Notes under the pieces: generated by a model
Told to the model about the DNA's origin: nothing
Database searches by the model: none
What the model saw: the letters and a program-made list of their open reading frames with translations, nothing else
Program-made: the position numbers and the translations under genes
In this document: positions 1 to 3,959 of the stretch, one piece after another
Numbering within the stretch: position 1 is the stretch's first letter
How the letters are laid out: the number at the start of each line of letters is the position of its first letter
From: a virus
Strand: one strand, 5' to 3'
IMG/VR virus record: IMGVR_UViG_3300014743_000002
Location: 1 to 6,275 of that record
Length of the DNA: 6,275 nt

Positions 1-99
1 GTATTCACAACCTCATTGATATTAATCACAGAGGACCAACCGCCAATAAAGTGAGCATGATTACCCATGTACTCGGGGGCTTTAATACCAAACCGAGCA
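1..99. repeat. Terminal direct repeat from the assembly overlap of a circular genome; identical to 6177-6275
   Basis: Base-by-base comparison: gtattcacaacctcattgatattaatcacagagg...ccaaaccgagca occurs at 1-99 and again at 6177-6275 (offset 6176). The capsid reading frame stays in phase across the junction. Confidence 0.95.
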
Positions 100-1157
100 G
101 CCATCTGGTCCGAATAGTCCTTACTTGCGAATTGTACTACCTCTTTCCAGCGCTGAAGGTATTCCGTTGCACGAATTGAAAGTGCGGACAAATCGGAATT
201 AAGGCTAAGAGCTTGATTATTCGAAGAGGGTCGAGTAGCCGAAAGCGAAACATCAGAGGTACCACTACCCTTAGCCTGTAGATAAACACCTGAAGAACCA
301 TAAGGAACAATCCGATTTGAAGGCAAAGATGCATCAATTGAACCAAGCACAGCTACCGAACCATACTGACTATTCGGAAGTATACCCATAAAGTAATCTT
401 TCGGATAATTAGCATAACGGAGCTTCAACATATCAACACAAAGAGCGATAGAAGAACCTCCAGTCCAGTAGTCTACATTGTAAGCGTAAGCCAAGTGCTT
501 TTCCCATTGAGAGTTGCTGAAGAAATCGAAATAAACTTTCTGATAAGCAAGGAACGGAAGAGCATTCACAGTCTGAGACAGCTGATAAACAAGCGGATTA
601 ACACCGTCAGACAGATTATCAAGACCTAAATACTTCTTAGTGATAGCGGCTTTTCCTGTATTTGAAGATGCAATCATAGAACCGTAGCCAAGCATATCAA
701 GCAACTTGCATGAACCATAAACCAACGGCAGACCAGCATCATCACGAGTATTGGTCTGGTCATTGGCGTTCGCCGCTTGCAGGTAAGTGCTTAAAAATGC
801 CTGAGAGACATAAGGAACCTGAGTAAGCTGAGGAGTATTCTCACTATTACTAACGGCAGAAGTCATGTAATCAGACATCTGAGTAAACGCCTGCGGTAGA
901 GCACGAGAGATCAAGCGTAACGGCACAGCGTAAAAGTCATAATACTCTTTGATACGAGTATATGCAGCCGTATTGACGGGAACAGTACGAGTAAACCAAT
1001 CGGAAGAAATACGGTACTTACTCCCGGGAATAGCAATCTGCCAATAAACGGGTAAAATCTCACCAACTTTTGCCGTAAACAATTTTTTACTAGACAAGTC
1101 AAAGGAAGAGCGATGTACGGCAATTTTCGCTCGGTCTAGGGGATTAAAATCACTCAT
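1..1157 (-). CDS. VP1: Major capsid protein VP1 (F-like), N-terminal ~385 codons. The ORF runs off the left edge and continues at 6176 by circularity. The full protein is 580 aa (join 1157..1 and 6176..5591).
   Basis: ATG at 1157-1155. Hand translation gives MSDFNPLDRAKIAVHRSSFDLSSKKLFTAKVGEILPVYWQIAIPGSKYRISSDWFTRTVPVNTAAYTRIKEYYDFYAVPLRLISRA... I checked every codon of this frame from 1157 to 2 and found no stop. The FDLS...G.ILPV...PG...TRT.P...EYYDF..VP pattern is the conserved N-terminal signature of non-phiX microvirus capsid proteins. The ORF is missing from the supplied track only because it has no in-window stop. Confidence 0.93.
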   Translation of the reverse strand, partial: MSDFNPLDRAKIAVHRSSFDLSSKKLFTAKVGEILPVYWQIAIPGSKYRISSDWFTRTVPVNTAAYTRIKEYYDFYAVPLRLISRALPQAFTQMSDYMTSAVSNSENTPQLTQVPYVSQAFLSTYLQAANANDQTNTRDDAGLPLVYGSCKLLDMLGYGSMIASSNTGKAAITKKYLGLDNLSDGVNPLVYQLSQTVNALPFLAYQKVYFDFFSNSQWEKHLAYAYNVDYWTGGSSIALCVDMLKLRYANYPKDYFMGILPNSQYGSVAVLGSIDASLPSNRIVPYGSSGVYLQAKGSGTSDVSLSATRPSSNNQALSLNSDLSALSIRATEYLQRWKEVVQFASKDYSDQMAARFGIKAPEYMGNHAHFIGGWSSVININEVVN

Positions 1158-1173
1158 AATCAATTAATTTAAA

Positions 1174-2994
1174 TTAGACCATACGGTTAAATATATTATT
1201 AGCATCATTCAATTTCTTATGCTTAATCATATCGCGGCAGAAGGTAGCAGCACGGAAATCAAGACATTTTTGTAAGTCGCTACTTTGCCCACTATCATAG
1301 GAACTTCTTGTATCGGGTTTCGCGGATTTGATGTAATTACAAGCCGCGAGAGATGGGATTCTGGGGTCATCAAACGGAACGTGTATCTGTTCTTTAATGG
1401 GACGAATAAATCCGTCTGCATATTCTCCGTCTTCTCCGATACCAATGGTCGCCATTTCGCATCCTTCGGCTGGTACATAGAAATACCGAAGCATAGGGGC
1501 TGGCAAAGTCTGTTGTATTCGCAACGAATCACACATTCGTACATAATCCGCTTTCTTTTCATATTCTATTCCAGTTTTGAGGATAAACATAATACGATTG
1601 GCATAAGAATCAAGATTACCACCGATGGGAGGCAGATGCCAATTCCTAAGGAACTTACTGACATAAAGGAATAGCCGATATAACTTATTAATATAAGATT
1701 CAATATCGACATCAGAAGAACTGTTACAGAGCCTAGTAAGGCACCGAGCATTGTGTAATATAATTTCATCTTCATTGGTTAGGCAATGATTTAATGTAAT
1801 ATATCGATAATAAGCACGAACAATAGAAAGGATAGAATCGGAATTATAATCTATAATACCAAATCTTGCGATTCTTTTTGGCGCGCTTGCAACAGCGCGA
1901 ATAATTCTAGCAATCGCAGTAGCATCGTCATAGCGAGCACTTGAGAATCGGGGCAATAAGGTACGGATATACGACATGGGGGGAGTTGATTTAACACTAA
2001 TCCCGTTGAAGTTATAGACTCGTCCATTAATGACAGAATCGATTTTTTTTTCAATCGCGTGATAGACGTCTTCACCTTCCTCAAAAATATCGCCTTTTTC
2101 AAAAAATCCAAGAGACGCTCTTTGTCGGGGTTTAAATGCGCAGCATGCTCGATATAATAAGGGAGCAGAGCTAAGGCTGTTAACGTAACTCGCAACGTAC
2201 GATGAAGCTCCACCTCGGGCAATCTGGAAATCTGAACGACCGAGTTTCCAACTCTTATCATGGCACTGTCGTAATACCTCTGAGATTTCTTTCGAGTTCG
2301 TGAATAATAAGATATGATAATGCGGGCGAAAATGGACTGGTCCGTATTCACCCACAGCGTAGAAGTGTAACGTTTCATAAGAACCTAAAGCTGTTTTTAA
2401 ATGTTTACGCAATCGTTTAATATAGTTCTGAACATCAACATAATTCAGGAAGGGTATAAGGTTACCAAGACCATATTGTTCAGCAGCGGGATATACCGAG
2501 TTGTCAACGGCCTGCGTTTTACGGATAAAACTACGAATAGCATCCATACTAAGAAACCAATTATCCTTAACAGGAACATATTCCTTAATTTCACGGTCAA
2601 ACGGCACTGTGCCTTGAACTTGCGTGAAGAATATATGACGCAAGAGGGAAGAATCCGCAGGTTGATACTCAGAAACAGGTATATAAGAGTGGCGTTCATA
2701 ACCAAAAACTTTATCTCCTGAAATACTTAAAGCATCTTCATACTCACTATGCAGAACCTCACAATTCATCAAAGGAATATGCTCATTATCATAAGTAAGC
2801 GTCACAAAATAAGAATACTTAAAAGCACTTCCTGCGGTCTTCACACGAATGGACGCTTTTTGAGCACGCTTATGAATACAGTAATCGCATTGTCCGCAAT
2901 CTACAGGAATGCGCTGACCTGTGTAACGATTAGTTATAAAAGAGCGATGCTGACAATGGTCAGCAGCCTTAAGTAAATCAGGAGAATATGTCAT
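1174..2994 (-). CDS. VP4: Rolling-circle replication initiation protein (HUH endonuclease; VP4 / phiX174 gene A homologue), 606 aa
   Basis: All three rolling-circle Rep motifs were verified at nucleotide level. Motif 1 is FVTLTY (2791-2808). Motif 2 (HUH) is HYHILLF within EYGPVHFRPHYHILLF (2302-2322). Motif 3 is YVASYVNS (2176-2199), nearly identical to the two-tyrosine active site YVAKYVNK of phiX174 protein A as I recall it. There is also an N-terminal CGQCDYC...R cluster typical of microvirus Reps. Confidence 0.93.
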   Translation of the reverse strand: MTYSPDLLKAADHCQHRSFITNRYTGQRIPVDCGQCDYCIHKRAQKASIRVKTAGSAFKYSYFVTLTYDNEHIPLMNCEVLHSEYEDALSISGDKVFGYERHSYIPVSEYQPADSSLLRHIFFTQVQGTVPFDREIKEYVPVKDNWFLSMDAIRSFIRKTQAVDNSVYPAAEQYGLGNLIPFLNYVDVQNYIKRLRKHLKTALGSYETLHFYAVGEYGPVHFRPHYHILLFTNSKEISEVLRQCHDKSWKLGRSDFQIARGGASSYVASYVNSLSSAPLLYRACCAFKPRQRASLGFFEKGDIFEEGEDVYHAIEKKIDSVINGRVYNFNGISVKSTPPMSYIRTLLPRFSSARYDDATAIARIIRAVASAPKRIARFGIIDYNSDSILSIVRAYYRYITLNHCLTNEDEIILHNARCLTRLCNSSSDVDIESYINKLYRLFLYVSKFLRNWHLPPIGGNLDSYANRIMFILKTGIEYEKKADYVRMCDSLRIQQTLPAPMLRYFYVPAEGCEMATIGIGEDGEYADGFIRPIKEQIHVPFDDPRIPSLAACNYIKSAKPDTRSSYDSGQSSDLQKCLDFRAATFCRDMIKHKKLNDANNIFNRMV

Positions 2995-3305
2995 AAATAT
3001 AATCTTTTATCAATCACTTGGTGACGATTACGCGGACCAAATGAAATATGAATAAAATTATCATAAATAATAAGTTGGTCAAAAGGAGAAAAATGATCAG
3101 AATAATCATAAATCATCTCAAGCAACTTATTAAAACTAGTAGAACCGTAAGGCTTGATATCAATAGCTTCACCCATCAGATGCTGAGAATTAGGAGCGCC
3201 ATTACAAGCCTTATTCTGTTCAGGAGTGCGACGTGCACTAGTCACGACAAAATGAGTATTAGAAAGCAGCAAATACTCAAGAAAATACATAAGAGACTTA
3301 TTCAT
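2991..3305 (-). CDS. Zinc D,D- or L,D-peptidase of the M15/LAS superfamily (putative peptidoglycan hydrolase / endolysin), 104 aa
   Basis: SQHLMGEAID (nt 3159-3188) matches the SxHxxGxAxD motif. Together with FIH (His86) it gives the H-x6-D...H zinc triad (His42, Asp49, His86) of VanX/VanY/M15 phage endolysins. The preceding VVTSARRTPEQN resembles the SGYR...N block of Peptidase_M15_3/4. No signal peptide is visible. Its stop overlaps the Rep ATG (ATGA at 2994-2991). Confidence 0.8.
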   Translation of the reverse strand: MNKSLMYFLEYLLLSNTHFVVTSARRTPEQNKACNGAPNSQHLMGEAIDIKPYGSTSFNKLLEMIYDYSDHFSPFDQLIIYDNFIHISFGPRNRHQVIDKRLYL

Positions 3306-3385
3306 AAACCGATAGAGTTTAGAATATAACCAAGAGCCGCACTAACAGCGCCGATAATAATTTTCCAAATATTATTACTTTTCAT
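3302..3385 (-). CDS. Small single-pass membrane peptide, 27 aa (MKSNNIWKIIIGAVSAALGYILNSIGL); putative holin-like partner of the peptidase
   Basis: It is the C-terminal, non-overlapped part of the listed 74-aa ORF. The internal ATG at 3385-3383 overlaps the last codons of the 64-aa ORF. The TGA stop overlaps the peptidase ATG (ATGA at 3305-3302). It has a charged N-terminus followed by a hydrophobic stretch of about 20 residues. By hand count, 16 of 27 codons end in T, the same third-position bias as the bona fide genes. There is no homology evidence. Confidence 0.45.
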   Translation of the reverse strand: MKSNNIWKIIIGAVSAALGYILNSIGL

Positions 3386-3569
3386 CAGATTGAGATTTAA
3401 GTTCAACGAAATTATTTTCTTCTTTAATTGAATCCACAATAACAATAAGACCCAACGGAGAAACTCGCTCAGAATAATTTCCAAGACCATCCAGAGAATT
3501 GACAATATAAGGCGGCATAACATCACGACCAGTTTGTTTTTCTTTAAGGGAAATAATGAATTTCTGCAT
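3375..3569 (-). CDS. Hypothetical protein, 64 aa, first gene after the intergenic region
   Basis: The ORF runs from ATG 3569 to TAA 3375. Its composition is balanced and slightly acidic (8 K/R against 10 D/E), with T-rich third codon positions like the other genes. It fills the space between the intergenic region and the lysis-like genes. I recognise no motif. Confidence 0.6.
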   Translation of the reverse strand: MQKFIISLKEKQTGRDVMPPYIVNSLDGLGNYSERVSPLGLIVIVDSIKEENNFVELKSQSDEK

Positions 3570-3680
3570 AATTGTAAAATTTTAAATGTTAATAATTTAA
3601 TGAGTTGGTTTCTACAGGGGCAAAGGAAAGCATTATTTTCGAATAAACAAAATATTTCGGAGTTTTTTATTCTACGGTTA
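3570..3680 (-). promoter_or_regulatory. AT-rich region upstream of ORF64; probable promoter for the ORF64-peptide-peptidase-Rep(-VP1) transcription unit
   Basis: The viral-strand sequence ...AAATATTTTGTTTATTCGAAAATAATG...TAAATTATTAACATTTAAAATTTTACAATT-ATG contains TATTTTG (around 3647-3653). This is one base short of the Bacteroides -7 consensus TAnnTTTG. I found no clean -33 TTTG at the right spacing and no Shine-Dalgarno sequence. Confidence 0.3.
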
Positions 3681-3687
3681 GGGTGTG

Positions 3688-3756
3688 AGTTGTGCGTTTA
3701 TAGACGAGGAGGGGGAGAATCCGAGAGGATAACTCGGATTTGCTTCGCACACAACT
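3688..3756. other. Composite stem-loop: an outer stem (3688-3696 pairing with 3746-3756, 2-nt bulge) encloses a purine tract and a perfect 8-bp hairpin (3718-3725 with 3733-3740)
   Basis: aatccgag/aggataa/ctcggatt is a perfect inverted repeat. agttgtgcg pairs with cgcacacaact when c3748 and a3749 are bulged. A 14-nt purine run lies at 3706-3719 (pyrimidine on the viral strand). Confidence 0.6.
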
Positions 3757-3807
3757 AAGGGCTTCGCTTAAATAACAAAGTGGATGTATACAGAGGTGTA
3801 TAGGCAC

Positions 3808-3829
3808 GGCAGGTCAGATAGAACCTGCC
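3808..3829. other. Stem-loop with a 7-bp perfect stem, ggcaggt / 8-nt loop / acctgcc
   Basis: Direct inspection: 3808-3814 is the reverse complement of 3823-3829. Confidence 0.6.
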
Positions 3830-3832
3830 TTT

Positions 3833-3870
3833 GCGCGCCTTCGCGCTAAAATACCGGAGCGGAACGCTCC
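3833..3870. other. Two short GC hairpins: gcgcg-cctt-cgcgc (3833-3846) and ggagcg-gaa-cgctcc (3856-3870)
   Basis: Both are perfect inverted repeats on inspection. On the viral strand the second reads GGAGCG-TTC-CGCTCC followed by GGTATTTTAG, a weak candidate intrinsic terminator after VP2. Confidence 0.5.
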
Positions 3871-3903
3871 TCTAAGGAAGTCGCTCCGCTCCATTTTTCG
3901 ACC

Positions 3904-3954
3904 AGGCCCTACGCGGGCGGCGGGTGTATATCGCTCAAACGCCGCGATGGGCTT
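3904..3954. other. Bipartite GC-clamped stem-loop directly after the VP2 stop, with a 17-nt AT-containing loop
   Basis: The outer stem is 3904-3909 with 3949-3954 (6 bp including one G-T). The inner stem is 3917-3922 with 3940-3945 (6 G-C pairs, gcggcg/cgccgc). The loop 3923-3939 reads ggtgtatatcgctcaaa. Confidence 0.6.
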
Positions 3955-3959
3955 TTAGT

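Larger units (their letters stand above)
3570..3959 (-). promoter_or_regulatory. The only long intergenic region (390 nt), with an AT-rich half next to the ORF64 start (3570-3680) and a GC-rich, hairpin-dense half (3681-3959). Candidate promoter, terminator and origin region.
   Basis: No credible ORF in the viral sense. All other gene junctions are 4-nt overlaps or gaps of 12-16 nt. Hand-counted G+C is 70/120 in 3841-3960, against 41/120 in 4201-4320 and 103/300 in 3001-3300. Several perfect stems are listed as separate features. Confidence 0.6.

Noticed and set aside
16-26. TTGATATTAAT (also at 6192-6202), an 11-nt identity to the phiX174 origin core as I recall it (CTTGATATTAATAAC)
   Set aside because: It lies on the plus strand of the window, which is antisense to all genes and complementary to the packaged strand, whereas Rep must nick the viral strand. 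On the viral strand it simply encodes VININE of the capsid protein. I treat it as a chance AT-rich match.
1-99. The terminal repeat read as an LTR/ITR, transposon end or prophage att duplication
   Set aside because: The copies are direct, exactly at both window ends, 100% identical, and internal to one continuous capsid reading frame. That is the signature of a circular contig written with overlap and not of a mobile-element boundary.
137-1123. Minus-strand ORFs 137-346 (69 aa) and 911-1123 (70 aa) listed in the track
   Set aside because: Both lie in the +1 frame of the capsid gene, which occupies this whole interval in an uninterrupted frame that I verified codon by codon. The same compositional artefact applies as for the +1 ORFs inside Rep (1227-2378).
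1227-2378. Three long minus-strand ORFs inside Rep (1851-2378, 175 aa; 1566-1775, 69 aa and very hydrophobic; 1227-1562, 111 aa). All are in the same +1 frame, which invites an overprinted E/K-like gene call.
   Set aside because: The real genes have strongly T-biased third codon positions. In the +1 frame that T becomes the second codon position, giving Leu/Ile/Phe/Val-rich hydrophobic translations. Stops, which need A or G at the gene's third position, are also depleted. Long, open, hydrophobic +1 ORFs are therefore expected by composition alone. None has a coupled start, a motif, or its own non-overlapped segment.
3534-3758. Plus-strand 74-aa ORF spanning the ORF64 start and the intergenic region
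   Set aside because: It is on the wrong strand for a microvirus. It starts antisense within ORF64 and runs through the hairpin region. It has no motif or coding-bias support.
3780-3900. Possible tRNA or small structured RNA gene in the GC-rich island
   Set aside because: There is no cloverleaf arrangement, no GTTCRANYC-type T-loop and no acceptor-stem pairing. The hairpins have 3-8-nt loops in series. A non-tRNA ncRNA cannot be excluded without covariance-model searches, so the region is reported as a structured region in the findings.
3856-3956. Plus-strand rho-independent terminator look-alikes (GGAGCGG...CCGCTCC followed by ATTTTT, and the 3904-3954 hairpin followed by TTTT)
   Set aside because: There are no plus-strand genes to terminate. 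The T-runs are on the wrong side for the coding (minus) strand. The stems are better interpreted as ssDNA or RNA structure on the viral strand.
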